Assembly (NCBI GenBank): GCA_013239625.1
Contig: MU053588.1
Location: 1,513,988 to 1,577,987 of the forward strand
Reading direction: 5' to 3'
DNA: 64,000 nucleotides
Source: Lama guanicoe
Taxonomy: Eukaryota
Numbering within the stretch: the stretch's first letter is position 1; the number at the start of each line of letters is the position of its first letter. The translations under genes and the position numbers were made by a program. This document shows positions 1 through 11,554 of this stretch, piece after piece. The notes under the pieces were generated by a model that was given only the letters and a program-made list of their open reading frames with translations, made no database searches and was not told the origin of the DNA.

Positions 1-590
1 CCTTTGGAAGCAACCTGAGCTGTGAAGATGTCATTGCTGTGATGGCTAATGTATGTGTATTCTTGTGTTTTAAAAACTTTCCAGTTTTATTTTCTTACAA
101 GGGAAATACTAATATATATAACCCACATATACCAAAGCCCTTGGGGGTCCTCAATAATTTTTAAGAGTATCAAGTTTAAGAACTGCTGCTGTAATTAAAA
201 TTTACCACATCTTTCTGCCATGGGGAGTAGGGAGGGGCAACCACAAGACAGTCAGCAGACATCTGGCTTTGTCATGAGAAGAAATCACACATGTTTTCAA
301 ATCCCACTATAATCATCACAAGGCTCCCAAACATTTTCTATACACTCAACAAAACTTTTAAATTGCCATAATTTTGGGCTTATCCCTAGATCTTGAAGTT
401 TAATGCATTGATAAAGAAGTATACATATTACTGTATCACATATACAAAAAAAATTGTATATCTGTAATTCAGTAGCTACAGTTTCCTTTGTAATCCTGCA
501 TATTTTTTATGCATGTAAAAACCATGATTCGGAGAAGGGTTTCACCAGCCTGCCACGGGTGTCTAGCAAAAAACGGTTCAGAACCTCAGT
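1..590. mobile_element. Degenerate hAT-Charlie DNA transposon fragments
   Basis: Terminal-like segments 'gggggtcctcaataatttttaagagtat...tttaagaactgctg' (~143-189) and 'gattcggagaagggtttcaccagcctgccacgggt...aaaaaacggttcagaacc' (~526-585) resemble recalled Charlie-family ends; subfamily not assigned. Confidence 0.5.
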
Positions 591-856
591 TCCTGGAAGA
601 CCACAAGTAAAACTAAAACTAAGAGGAAGTTACAACTGGTGGAGATGAGTGGGGTCTTGCGGGTATTTGAGTACAGCTAACAGAATGACTTTTTATTACA
701 CGTTAAGTTGTAATGAAGACCCCAGGAGGTGGGGGAAAATCCACACAGTACGAAAGCCCATCTTGAACCCCCTCCCTCAGTGCCAGTCTATGAAATTGCT
801 GTCCCCAATCAGCAGCGGCTGCTATACTTTGAATTTACAAAGCCAAATCTCAAGTC

Positions 857-960
857 ATTTTACGTGCAGGCAGGAAGGAGAAACAACTGAAAACCTGGAC
901 TCTGAATTTTACGTGCAGGCAGGAAGGAGAAACAACTGAAAACCTGGACTCTCTGAATTT
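857..960 (+). repeat. Tandem duplication, 49-bp unit, 2 copies
   Basis: 'attttacgtgcaggcaggaaggagaaacaactgaaaacctggactct' starts at 857 and again at 906; the second copy has an extra 'ct' near its end. Confidence 0.95.
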
Positions 961-1593
961 TCTGGGGAAATATCCAAGGGTATTTTGTGACAAATCACTC
1001 GCAACCTTCAAACAGCTCACAAAGGTTTACAGGCAAAATTCTCGTTTGCTCCCACCTAGACCCGAGGGCAATTTCTGGAGTTCATGCATTAATAATAATA
1101 AAAAGAGCAGCTGATTCTTATTCGGTCCTTACTCTGGGCCAGGCCATGTTCTCAGCATGAAATTTCATGTGTCAACTGGTTTTACCCTCATAATAACCCA
1201 TAGTGTAACGTACTATTATCACCCTCATTTCGCAAGGGAAGAAACCGAGGCCCAGCGAGGTCGAGTAACCGGCCTGGGGCAACCGCTGAGAAGCAGCGCT
1301 GCGGTTGGGTGGACTATGATTTTCTCTTCACAGCAAGCCCGGGGGCCTGGCGAGGAACCAGTGTGGGCTAAGATTGCAAAGAGAGGAAGGCGCAAAGAAT
1401 TGCAAGGACTACGAAGCTGCGGCTGCGGGAAGGGATGCGGGAAGGGATGGGGGAAGCCCCCCGGTCGCAGGCTCTGGTGCCTCCACACCTGGGTACCTCG
1501 GGATCCGACAGCCCCAGAAGTGGGGGCCAGTGTCCGTGCCCTGGGGGCTTCGCAGCCACGGGTGGGGCTCCTGGGGGACAGGCGCAGCCTTAC

Positions 1594-1655
1594 CTGTCCC
1601 GGCGCTCACCTGGTGGCCGACTTGGAGGTGGCGGCGGAGGCGTAGCAAGCCTTCC
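1594..1655 (-). other. Candidate first exon of a divergent minus-strand transcript
   Basis: Two consensus minus-strand donors, CAG|GTAAGG (exon end 1594) and CAG|GTGAGC (exon end 1610), just downstream of GC boxes and an ETS-like GGAAG. The start is approximate and no downstream exon is recognised in the window. Confidence 0.45.
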
Positions 1656-1860
1656 TGGGTCCCCTACCCTCGCCCCGCCCTGGGGGGTGGGCGGGTGCGC
1701 GTGAGGCGCTCAGGACCGGCCGGACCTGTGGGACCCGGGGCCCCGGGTGTCTGGGGAGGCCGTCAAATGGAGAAGGAAGGCTCTTCCGGGGCTGGGACAA
1801 CTGTGGGCGGCGGGATACCTCGGCGCTTGCAAACATAAATACCGCCGTAGTAGTGGTGGC

Positions 1861-1894
1861 AGGAGACGCGTGCGGGCAGCTGGCGCCCGCGAGG
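1861..1894 (+). other. ACP7: ACP7 probable non-coding exon 1
   Basis: Begins ~27 nt after CATAAATA and ends at a strong donor AGG|GTGAGC (GT 1895-1896). It pairs with the acceptor 'ttttctctgcag' ending at 2653, upstream of the ATG. TSS inferred. Confidence 0.6.
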
Positions 1895-2828
1895 GTGAGC
1901 CGGGGACAGGGACGCAACCCCCAGCCCCAGCTCCTGGCCCCCGGATGGACGGTCCTGGCTTGGCTCTGCCCAGGCAGGCAGGTCCTCTGGAAGCTGGAGA
2001 CCAAACAGGAGCGGGGCGGTGGAGGGGCTGGGGGTGGGCATGAGGCGGGCAGTGGGGGAAGGGCTGGGGAGGAGGAGGGTGGATATCCATGCAGGTGCAG
2101 GGCGGGGGAGACAGGTGGAGATAAGGGGGGTTGGAGTCACTAAAGGCAGGATAGGATACTGGGGAGGGGCCCGAGGGGATGGGGCTCTCTAGGTAGGATG
2201 GAATTCTTGAGGGGTCTGGGGATGTAGTGAGGTATTGGGGTCACTAAGACGGAAATGGAATGATGGAGGATGGAGATGCTGAGGTCTCTGAGGGCAGGGT
2301 GGAATACTGGGAATGCCATCGTCAAAGGCAACTTCCCACACTGAGCTCCCCCGACCACATTCCCAAACCTCCTGCACTGAGGGGGCTGCGGTTAACAGCA
2401 AGGGCTCTGGAGCCAGGACCTCTCCAGCCTCCGGTCCCAATCCCCCGCTCCATCACACCCGAGCCCTGCAACTGAATCACTCCATCGCTCAGCTTCCTCA
2501 TCTGTGATGTGGGACCGGTGATCGCAGTGGCCACCACACGTAGGAATGTGGTCAGTCTCCCATGAGTTAATCTATGCAAAGTGCTTAGCACCCAATGAGG
2601 CTCAGAGGGCACCTGCCTCTTGATACTGATGACGTTTTTTGTTTTCTCTGCAGCATCTAGAAAACCATTCGTGTGAAGACCTCCCTGCCATCCTGCCTCC
2701 TTCCCTGTGAGGCTGCCAGATCCCCCTGCATCCCCCATCATCCCAGTTCCTCCTGCTGTCCCTGAGGGAATCTGATCCACTCCAGACCCCTTCCCTTCCC
2801 CTCTCCGCTTCCCACCCTCTCCCCTACC

Positions 2829-2949
2829 ATGCGCTCCTTTCGTTCCTGCTGGTCCTGCTGCTGTTTGCTCCTCTTTTCCTCCCTGGGAGTTCAGGGGTCT
2901 CCAAAGGCTCCCAGTGCTGCTCCGGAGCAAGTCCACCTGTCCTACCCAG
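2829..2949 (+). CDS. ACP7: ACP7 coding exon 1: signal peptide, MRSFRSCWSCCCLLLFSSLGVQGSPKAPSAAPEQVHLSYP
   Basis: ATG in accATG context, hydrophobic leader, PEQVHLS purple-acid-phosphatase N-terminal motif, donor G|gtaagt. The exon probably starts at 2654, with no upstream ATG in that 5'UTR part. Missing from the ORF track. Confidence 0.96.
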
Positions 2950-3589
2950 GTAAGTGTCTACGACCTCTCCATGGGCATTTCCCAGCAAGATCCAGTTAGA
3001 TGGGGGCTCAGGAACCCCACACTAATTGCTGTGGGACCCTAATGGTGGCTTGTTCTTCCTGAGCTTCAGGTGTCTGCCTCTGTTAAATGAGGATTATAAG
3101 CAGTGGTGCATGTGGCTGTGAGAGAAATGATTCTGGTACCCAGACTATAGTTAACACTCTCCTAGGGGGGCTGCTGTTTTCCTTACTCATTTGTGTGATT
3201 GCTCCTTGTGTTCCCACAAAGCTGCCTCCTGGTCCTTGATCTTGGGTGCTGGTGCACGGGGGAAGTAAGACCCTGAACCTGGACCCTCTACACCCAGACT
3301 TCCTGGGTTTTAATCCCAGCTTTGCTACTTACCTGCTGTGTGACCTTGGGCAAGTGACTAAACCTCTCTGGTCTCAGCCTTCCCATCTGGACAAAGGGGT
3401 TATATTAGTGAGACCGCACGGTGAGGAGTCAATGAAATATTACCTGTGAAGCAGCAAAATGGATCTGGGCACGTGGCGTGGGTCTCACAGGTTTTTGTTC
3501 AGGACACTACTACACAGCTAAAGATTAGGATAACTTCAGAGAGCTTTAATTTATTCGAGTAATAGCTGTAATAGTAGCCATATTAGAAA

Positions 3590-3870
3590 CTAACAGAGAC
3601 ATTTAAAACTTTGATTAAATCATTAAAAATAAACAATAATGAACTCATTCAGAAGTAAGGTAAATGACATTTTTCATGAAAAATAACTAGTTTACAAAAG
3701 GAAAGAAGTGGAGTGAGGAGAGTGGCATTGATTAACATCTTTTAAAGTCTTTTTACTATCTCCTCCTATCTGTGACAGTTCCTCAGTCTTTCCTTATTTT
3801 TTGTGTCCTTGACACTTCTAAGGTAGTGTCTTAAAGGTTAGTTGCCATGTGGAATCTGAAACCCCAAGAA
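3590..3870. mobile_element. Charlie1-like hAT fragment with an embedded short old-L1 piece
   Basis: 'catgaaaaataactag...gagtgaggagagtggcattg' and 'aaaggttagttgccatgtggaatctgaaacc' resemble recalled Charlie1 sequence. Confidence 0.45.
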
Positions 3871-4239
3871 TGAACCAGCTTTGGAATTTGCTGGCCAAGT
3901 GACCTTGGACAAGGCACTTTGCCTAGAGGCCTCTGTAACATGGCATGAAAATAAGACCCATGTCCTGCGGCTGCTGTGAAAACGCAGTGAGATCGCAGCT
4001 GTCCTTTGACCTACACTATAATAATAATAATAACAACAACAAAGATGCTCTTACAAGGGCTTCAGCTGGGAAACTCAATAAACCTCCTACTGGACCTTAC
4101 GCTGTAGATACTACTGTTGCTCCCATTTACAGAAAAGTGAACTGAGGCTCACAGAGATGAAAAGTCTGACCCCAGGTCACACAGGCTGGAATTTGAATCC
4201 AGGCAGGCTGGCTCAAGAGCCCACGATATCGGTTTTTAG

Positions 4240-6260
4240 AGCTTTGAATTTCTTACTAATTTAGATTTAATAGAAAATTTGCAAAAATACTGCGGTGTTC
4301 CTATATCCCCCTCACCCAGTTTCTTCTAATGTTAACATCTTGACATTTTGGAGTACTGAGCAGTTGTGGTTTTGTTTTGTGTTTTTGGTAGGCTAGCCCT
4401 CACTGGGGGTTTGTCTGATATTTTCTCATGATTGGAACCAAGTACTGGATTATGTGTTTTTCTGGCAAGACTGTCCCAGCTGCGAGGCAGTGTCCTCTCA
4501 GTACGTGGTATCAGAGGATTCATGACACTGCCGTGGCGTATGGCTGTTACTATGTTGTTAACCTTCATTGCTTGGTTGAAGTGGTGCCTAAGTGAGGGTT
4601 CTCCACCGTAAAGCTTTTATTCTTTCCTTTGTAGTTAATAACTATCTTGGGGGAGATTCCTTAAGACTGTGGAAATCAGGGTCTTCCTGAAATGTTTACC
4701 CACTAATTTTAGCATCCGCTAGTGGATCGAGTCTGCAACAATTATTAGTATGGGGTTTGCCTAATTGTGATTGTATAATTTTCCATACTTCTCTTTCCAT
4801 CTAATTGAAATTTTACTGTAACAGGGGGCTGTCCCTCCCCACTACATTTATTTATTCAATAATTTACTTACATTAGTATGGACTCATGGATATTTATTTT
4901 ATCCCCGGGTTAAAATCCAATACTATTGCCATTTACTTTATGGTTCACATTGTCGTCCCTGATTTGGTCTTTTGGAAGTCCCTCAGATTGGCTTCTGGGT
5001 TCTTTCAACAACCCCACTTCATATCCTGAGCTCTGCCTCACTTTCTGGCACCAAGAATTAGTTCCGGCTCATCTTGTCTATCTCCTGTCCTATCTCTGGA
5101 ATCAATCACTTCTCCAAGGAGCCCTGTTTCCTTTTATCGAAGAATGGGTATTTAGAAACTCAGATCTGAGCACTAAGTGCGCTCATTGCTACTGAGGTGT
5201 CACTGCTTCTAGGCCCTCTTACAAACAGACGTTACATGTGTGTATATTCATATGTGTATGCACACATATATATTTATCTGTATGTATGTGTGTGTGTATA
5301 TATGTATGTATGTGTGTGTGTATATGTATGTATGTGTATATATGTGTGTGTGTGTATATACTATGAAATCATACTCTGATTTTGGTCGAGCGTCAAGGGT
5401 CTATTTTAGCATTCTTTCCTTATTTGTAACTTCTTTCTCCAACATTGAGAAACCAAGCTCCTGCTGTCTACAATATACTTGCCTATTTGTTCCACGCTAG
5501 AGTAAGTATAAAGCAGTTTCAGAATTGTTTGCCTGTATCCCTGTGAGGAACACTTATGAGACAATGGCATTTAGTGAGGTCTTTTTCCTCTGTAGTCTTA
5601 TAGAAGAGCTTACAGTTCCCAGTCAAGACACTGTATCGATGCTTTCTTTTCTTCTCCACCACTTCAGTGTGGTTTTGTTATTTATTTTTTAATATAGTTA
5701 CACTCATTTGTTAGTGTTTATATTCCATATTGGCTTCCCCCCACAACCTGGTGCTTTTAATTGTTAGTTAAATTTTGGGGTATGTGAAGAAAATATGAAA
5801 ACTGGCTAGCTCTAGGAGTCTAGATTATTAAAAAAAAAATAAAAAGACAGACTCAGAGATATGTCCTCCTTCCACATCCCTGCTACTCCATTCCTATTTC
5901 CCCTTTTTTCTACCCCTTCCCAACCCACCCCCATAAGTAATTCATCTCTTTAGTTCCTGGTGTATTCTTCCTGCTTTTCTTCTGTAAAATAAATAAACAG
6001 ATGCCTGTGTATTTTCTTATACTCTCTTACAGGAAGAGTGGCTAACTTTGGATACTCTTGCGTACTTTGCTTCTTTGAACATTGTGTCCTGGACATCATT
6101 CCACATCAGTTCCTAGAACTTATCCTCTTTCTTTTCGACAGCTGCATAGTGCTCCATGGTTTGGATATTACATAGTTTATTCAGTCACTCTCCTATGTAT
6201 GGGCATTTTGATAGTTTCTGATATTTTGCAATTACAAGCCCTGCTGCCATGAATAACTTT
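4240..6260 (-). mobile_element. Ancient L1 (L1MC-like) fragments in an ACP7 intron
   Basis: AT-rich antisense L1 3' features such as 'tagaaaatttgcaaaaatac...cacccagtttc' and 'atcttgggggagatt'; no intact ORF. Confidence 0.6.
5235..5360. repeat. Compound (TG)n/(TA)n microsatellite
   Basis: Interspersed tgtg, tata and tatg runs. Confidence 0.9.
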
Positions 6261-7049
6261 GTGCACGTGCATTTTGTGCACATGATGCAGGAGAAGGAAC
6301 TCATGCTCTTAACATCATACTGTCCCACATGGTGTTTTTAAAACCTTGATTTCCTTGCTGACTTTTAAGAATTTGGAGTGATCACTTAAAAGTTTGTATA
6401 TCTACCTACAGATTCTCTTGGGCTAGAAAAGCCACCGTATAGAGATTTGCTCTAGAAGTTGACAGATTTGGTGGCCCTGGGCCTGCTTCCTGCACGGCCA
6501 CCATCACCAGAGCAGAACGATGGCTTCTGCTTTTAGACACGGCAGGCTCTATGGTTTGCCACGCACTCCACACCTTACTGCTGGCCTCTGTTCCCATTTA
6601 TATTACCTAGGTGGCCTTTGGACATCTGAGGTTACAACCCCTAAATGATGTCATGCGTGTAAAGTGTCTGGTACAAGCTCACACACAGTTCATAATGATA
6701 TTAATAATGATATTCATTCACTCATGTAACCCTGACTGTACTGGGCACATTGCTTTACTCACATTTATTCATTTAAGCCTCATAAGAACTCTAGGGTAGA
6801 TACTCTTATTTTATAGCTATTATAGATAAGGAAACCAAGGCTCAGAGAGGCAAACTGACTTGCCCAAGGAAAGCACAACTTGGAAACCGCATAGCTGGGA
6901 CTGAACTTGGGAAACTGCAGAACCAGTGTCCTTAACCAGTAAACGTTCAAGAGCCCCTCACTCTCTAGGATTGCCCCCCGTGCTCTCTGCCCATCCCTCC
7001 CCGCCCCTGCCAGGCCTCACTGCCCAGCCCCCTCTTCCTTTCTCTCCAG

Positions 7050-7250
7050 GTGAGCCAGGCTCCATGACTGTCACCTGGACCACGTGGGTCCCAGCCCCCT
7101 CTGAAGTGCAGTTTGGGCTGCAGATCTCAGGGCCGCTGCCCCTCCGGGCTCAGGGCTCCGTCAGCCCCTTTGTGGACGGGGGCATTCTCCGGCGGAAACT
7201 CTACATACACCGAGTCACACTGCGAAGGCTGCTGCCCGGGGTCCAGTATG
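7050..7250 (+). CDS. ACP7: ACP7 coding exon 2 (GEPGSMTVTWTT...LLPGVQY), FN3-like N-terminal domain
   Basis: Acceptor ctctccag, donor G|gtgaga; 201 nt; frame continuous with exon 1. Confidence 0.97.
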
Positions 7251-7543
7251 GTGAGAGGGGCCCCGGGCCAGGTATTGAGGGCGGAATGGGAAGAGCAGTG
7301 GGACATGGACTGAAAGCTACCACTGGCAGATGGCTCAGGCTGGGCTGGTAACTGCTCTGCTTATCTGCAAGTCTATTGTATGAGACCTTGGGATGAAAAT
7401 GGAAGGTGTTGGGGACCTGGGGGAGTTGAACAGAAGCGGCATGGCTCAGACCGATTCAATCCCCCAACCCGTTGAAGGTGGATAGGAGTGGAGGAGATGT
7501 CTGGGGTGCCCACACCAACTATGACCTTTTCCTTTCCCCTCAG

Positions 7544-7726
7544 TTTACCGCTGCGGCAGTACTCAGGGCTGGAGCCGTCGGTTCCGATTCAGGGCCCTGA
7601 AGCATGGGCCTCACTGGAGCCCCCGTCTGGCTGTGTTTGGGGACCTGGGGGCTGACAATCCAAGAGCCCTACCCCGGCTGCGCAGGGACACCCTGCAGGG
7701 CATGTACGATGCTGTTCTCCATGTGG
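7544..7726 (+). CDS. ACP7: ACP7 coding exon 3 (VYRCGS...AVFGDLG...VLHV)
   Basis: Contains metallophosphoesterase motif DxG; acceptor cccctcag, donor G|gtgagg; 183 nt. Confidence 0.97.
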
Positions 7727-8099
7727 GTGAGGCATCGGCAAGGGTGCGCCTGGACATATGGGGTGGGAGCAGGGGAAGCCTGGGTGGGAGGCAACTCCAG
7801 AACTGTGGAGGGGACCAGGGCCAGGGCAAGGGATGAAACCGGCCATGGAGATGGTGTTAACCAGGCTGCCCAGGTTAAAAATCAATTCTGACACTTAGAG
7901 ATATGTGCATTGGTTTTCTCCTCTGTGTTATAGTTATGAGCGCTTGTTCAGAATTCTTGGGCTCTTGTGGTGACTAAATAAGTTGACATTGTCTGGCATG
8001 TTGTAAGTGTGACATAAGCCTTCATTGTCATTATCATTGCTGTTGTGATGTGAGAGGACAGGAACCAGAAGGAAGATGGAGATTGGGACTGATATGGTT

Positions 8100-8305
8100 C
8101 AACGCCACAGACTCTGGAGTCGGACTCCCAGGGTTTGGTTCCTGGATCCTCACTAGCCAGCTCTGTGAACTTGAGCAAATACTTAACCCCTCTGGGCCTC
8201 AGTTTGCCCATCTGAAATGGGGATAGTAATAACATCCACTTCAGAGGGTGTTTTGAAGATGCAGGTGACCAAGTGTGTACAGCGTTTGGAACTGTGCCTG
8301 ATACA
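8100..8305 (+). mobile_element. MIR SINE, representative of many MIR copies in the window (e.g. ~13395-13620, ~23170-23310, ~26010-26220, ~30200-30385)
   Basis: Core 'tgtgaacttgagcaaatacttaacccctctgggcctcagtttgcccatctgaaatggggatagtaata'. Confidence 0.85.
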
Positions 8306-8609
8306 AAACCAGTACCAGACCAGACTATGCCAGTCTTATCATTGTTATTGCTCTGGGAATGGATGAGACAGGGGCTGGTGTGATCAGAGTACAGGAGACC
8401 CACCTGGTCCTGCGGGGTCTCAGGGACCAGAGGTTTGGGAAACGGTTCCAAGCACACAGGCGGGTGGGTGTGAGGTAGGGACCAGAGAACTGGGATGGCT
8501 TGGGGGCCAGGGCTTACACAGCCCGCACCAGAGCAATCAGGTCTCTCAATTCTGGCAAAAGCAGAGCAGGGTCTGAGTCCTCATCCTCTCCCCCGCCCCT
8601 TGCCTCCAG

Positions 8610-8733
8610 GAGACTTTGCCTACAACATGGATGAGGACAACGCGCGCGTCGGAGACAAGTTCATGAATCTTATTGAACCTGTGGCCGCCAGCCTGCCCTA
8701 CATGACGTGCCCTGGGAATCATGAAGAACGCTA
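8610..8733 (+). CDS. ACP7: ACP7 coding exon 4 (GDFAYNMD...CPGNHEER)
   Basis: Purple acid phosphatase motifs GDxxY and GNHE; split codon TA|gtgagg; 124 nt. Confidence 0.98.
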
Positions 8734-8954
8734 GTGAGGCCTGAGGGCTTCAGGGTGGGCGAGGGTCTGGCCAACAAAGACAGTCCTTCTTAGTGTCTCA
8801 CCTTAGTCTCTCATGTTGTGGCAGCTCAACTGTGGTAGTGAGAGGAGAGGAGATGAGGGCTGGGCAGAGAGCCAGGCTTGGCCTGATAGTAGGAGGTAGG
8901 TGTGGGGCAGCGGCACCCAGACCCTCCCCTCACCCTTTTACTTCCTTTTTCCAG

Positions 8955-9017
8955 CAACTTCTCCAACTACAAGGCTCGTTTCAGCATGCCTGGGAACAGC
9001 GAAGGCCTGTGGTACAG
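8955..9017 (+). CDS. ACP7: ACP7 coding exon 5 (YNFSNYKARFSMPGNSEGLWYS)
   Basis: Acceptor tttttccag, donor AG|gtaata; 63 nt. Confidence 0.96.
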
Positions 9018-9118
9018 GTAATATCGGGGGAGGGGCATGAGGACCAGTCTCCCTCTCCTGAAGGATGGGAGATGCAGGGGAGACCCTAATGATGACCCCT
9101 GCCCTTTGACCCCTCCAG

Positions 9119-9233
9119 CTGGGATCTGGGCCCAGCACACATCATCTCCTTCTCCACCGAGGTGTATTTCTTCCTCCATTACGGCCGCCACTTGGTAGAA
9201 AAACAGTTTCACTGGCTGGAGAGTGACCTCCAG
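9119..9233 (+). CDS. ACP7: ACP7 coding exon 6 (WDLGPAHIISFSTE...WLESDLQ)
   Basis: Acceptor ccctccag, donor CAG|gtaacc; 115 nt. Confidence 0.97.
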
Positions 9234-9317
9234 GTAACCTGGGTGGAATCCCCCTTGCACCTGTCCCCTCCTCCCCCTCCCTCACCCCTGCCCCTCACTC
9301 TGTGCCCTTCTCTCCAG

Positions 9318-9425
9318 AAAGCCAATCAGAACCGGGTAGCCCGGCCATGGATCATTACCATGGGTCACCGGCCCATGTACTGTTCCAACGCCGATTTGGA
9401 TGACTGTACGTGGCATGAAAGCAAG
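9318..9425 (+). CDS. ACP7: ACP7 coding exon 7 (KANQNRVARPWIITMGHRPMYCS...HESK)
   Basis: Metal-ligand GH motif; acceptor tctccag, donor AAG|gtgagg; 108 nt. Confidence 0.97.
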
Positions 9426-9517
9426 GTGAGGACCCCTTTCCTTGGGGACAAGGTGCTGAAAGCCAGGTGGTGGGGTTGGCCTGAGTCGTCCCTCACCTCC
9501 TTGCTTGTCTGGCCCAG

Positions 9518-9575
9518 GTTCGCAAAGGCCTCCTCGGCAAGTTCTATGGGTTGGAGGACCTCTTCTACAAATATG
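9518..9575 (+). CDS. ACP7: ACP7 coding exon 8 (VRKGLLGKFYGLEDLFYKY)
   Basis: Acceptor ggcccag, donor G|gtgagt; 58 nt. Confidence 0.96.
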
Positions 9576-9664
9576 GTGAGTGACCCTGAATCCCCAGCCC
9601 CAGGCCCCATCTCCCAACTCTCCTGACTCCACACAGGGCCTGACCCTGACTTGCTCTGTCTCAG

Positions 9665-9732
9665 GGGTCGACCTGCAGCTGTGGGCTCACGAGCACTCGT
9701 ACGAACGGCTGTGGCCAATTTACAATTACCAG
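9665..9732 (+). CDS. ACP7: ACP7 coding exon 9 (GVDLQLWAHEHSYERLWPIYNYQ)
   Basis: HxH metal-binding motif (AHEH); acceptor tctcag, donor CAG|gtgagg; 68 nt. Confidence 0.97.
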
Positions 9733-9840
9733 GTGAGGCCCGCAGAGGGCTGAGGCCCACGTGGCTGGTGTCAGTGGGCCCTGGGTCAGATTCCCGGGCC
9801 TGGCCTCCTGTGACACCCCCTCCCCTTGTCCCTTCTCCAG

Positions 9841-9912
9841 GTATATAACGGCAGCCGGGAGATGCCCTACACCAACCCTCGAGGCCCCGTTCACATCATC
9901 ACAGGGTCCGCG
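9841..9912 (+). CDS. ACP7: ACP7 coding exon 10 (VYNGSREMPYTNPRGPVHIITGSA)
   Basis: Acceptor ttctccag, donor GCG|gtgagc; 72 nt. Confidence 0.97.
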
Positions 9913-9949
9913 GTGAGCAGGGCGAGAGGTGCCTTAGGTCTCTCTCTCT

Positions 9950-10045
9950 TGTTTCTTCTTTTTTTTTTTATGGAGATACTGAGGATAGAACCCAGGACCT
10001 CATGCATGCTAAGCACGCACTCTACCACTGAGCTATTACCACCCC
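9950..10045 (-). mobile_element. tRNA-Ala-derived SINE (vic-1-like), short form
   Basis: Reverse complement reads ...TAGCTCAGTGGTAGAGTGCGTGCTTAGCATGCATGAGGTCCTGGGTTC..., with A and B boxes and an A-rich tail. Confidence 0.85.
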
Positions 10046-10299
10046 ACCCGCTCTCTTGCTGCCTATTGAGGGCCACACGTGTTCAGCCCTGGGCCCCACA
10101 TCCTTTATACTGCTACTATCACTTAATTCTCAACCCTAGTGGTTAGGTGCACTTAGCAGCATGCCCATTGCACAGATGCGGAAACAGAGGCTCAAACAGT
10201 CCTCATTCAAAGTCACAGATTCCTAAGTGGCAGGGGCTGCTTGCCCAGGTCTACCAGGATCCAGGGGCAGAAGGGTTATGATTATCATTGTAACCAGAC

Positions 10300-11300
10300 T
10301 CCAGATTTTGTCATATTCCACCAGCTTTCTCACTAACCACCTTTTTCTGCTGCAGGATTGCACACTGTATTTAGTTATTGTGTCTCCTTAGTCTCCTGCA
10401 ATCTGTGACAGTCCCTCAGTCTTCCCTGTCTTTCATCCTGGCCAGTTGTTTACTCAAAACGCCCTGGATTAGGGTTTGTCTGCTATTTTCTCATGTCACG
10501 ATTCGGGGTTTGCCTCTTGGGGCCAGACAATCACATGTGACGTTGTGTCTTTCTCAGTTGTCACACGGGGGTATGTGTCTCATTCCTGGAGGTGTTTCTC
10601 TGAATCACCCGCCTGAGGCAGTATCTGCTGGGTCCCTCCACCATAAAGCTATTGTGTTTCCCTTTTGAATTAATAAATATCTTGGGGGAGATACTTTTAG
10701 ATGCTGCAAATGTTCTGTTTCTTTTTCACCTTTCACCCACTAATTTTTTTTTTTGAGAGGGGAGGTAATTAGGTTCATTTATTTATTTATCTTTAATGGA
10801 GGTACTGGGGATTGAACCCAGGACCTTGTGCATGTTAGGCACACACTCTACCCCTGAGCTATACCCTCCATCCTTTTACCCACTAATTTTTGAATCCATC
10901 AGTAGGGCTTGCCTGCAACAGTGATGACTGTGGTGTTCTCCGGGGGAACTTCTATTTCCTTCTTTCCTCCTAGATTTATTCATTAGCATCCTTCTGTGAG
11001 GAAGAGTTGGCCCTTCTGCCCCGTTTATCTGGTTAGTTAGTTATGGGTTTATACCAGTCTGGGCTCGTAGGTAATTATTTTATCCTGTGAGCTGTCATCC
11101 AATACTACTGTTATTTATGCTGCTGCTCAGATTGCTCTAACTCTGGCCACTGGAAGCTCTTCAGACCAGTCCCTGTGTCCCTTCTACGTGCCCCTGTCAT
11201 TTTGTGGGCTCTTTCTTACTTTTTGACACTGTGAGGTGCTCCGGGGTCATCTTGGGTTTCCCCGTCCTGGCCTTGCAATCAGTCACTCCTGCAGGAAGCT
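10300..11300 (-). mobile_element. Ancient L1 (L1MC-like) fragment interrupted by a SINE
   Basis: Shares motifs with the 4240-6260 and 11790-12720 fragments, e.g. 'aatatcttgggggagatactttt'. Confidence 0.6.
10748..10871 (-). mobile_element. tRNA-Ala-derived SINE (vic-1-like) with target-site duplication
   Basis: tRNA-like head plus 'ggaggtaattaggtt' tail module; flanking direct repeat acccactaatttt at 10735-10747 and 10878-10890. Confidence 0.9.
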
Positions 11301-11554
11301 GGGGCTTATTTTTAAGCTGATTTTTACCAATTAAAGTAAGAACCTCTTGTGATAAAAAGTCAAACAGTCCAGTGGGCAGGAGATGAACACCAGCTTCCAC
11401 ACCCTTCCTAGTCCCACACTCACTGGTGACGAATCTCATCTCTCCGGTGGCATTTTAGAATATTTTCTGTGTATGCAAATGAGTAATTGTCTCAGTAGAG
11501 ATGTGTTACAGCATCCCTCACTTTAAAAAAACAGCTTGAATCATGCTTCATGCC

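Larger units (their letters stand above)
1230..1960. promoter_or_regulatory. CpG-island promoter of ACP7, probably bidirectional
   Basis: High GC and CpG density; GC boxes at ~1671-1695 (cgccccgccc, gggcggg); TATA-like CATAAATA at 1834-1841; splice donors pointing outward on both strands. Confidence 0.8.

Noticed and set aside
1157..2143. Many overlapping 80-160 aa ORFs on both strands
   Set aside because: Stop-poor CpG island, low-complexity G/P/R/A content and no recognisable domain. No F-box sequence.
2322..2936. 204-aa minus-strand ORF
   Set aside because: Antisense shadow of the ACP7 exon, running into MIR sequence.
5197..5500. Cys/Val/Tyr/Met-rich ORFs
   Set aside because: Translation of the TG/TA microsatellite.
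8732..8734. Apparent premature TAG after GNHEER in ACP7
   Set aside because: It is the split codon TA|gt, completed as TAC (Tyr) by the next exon; the gene is intact.
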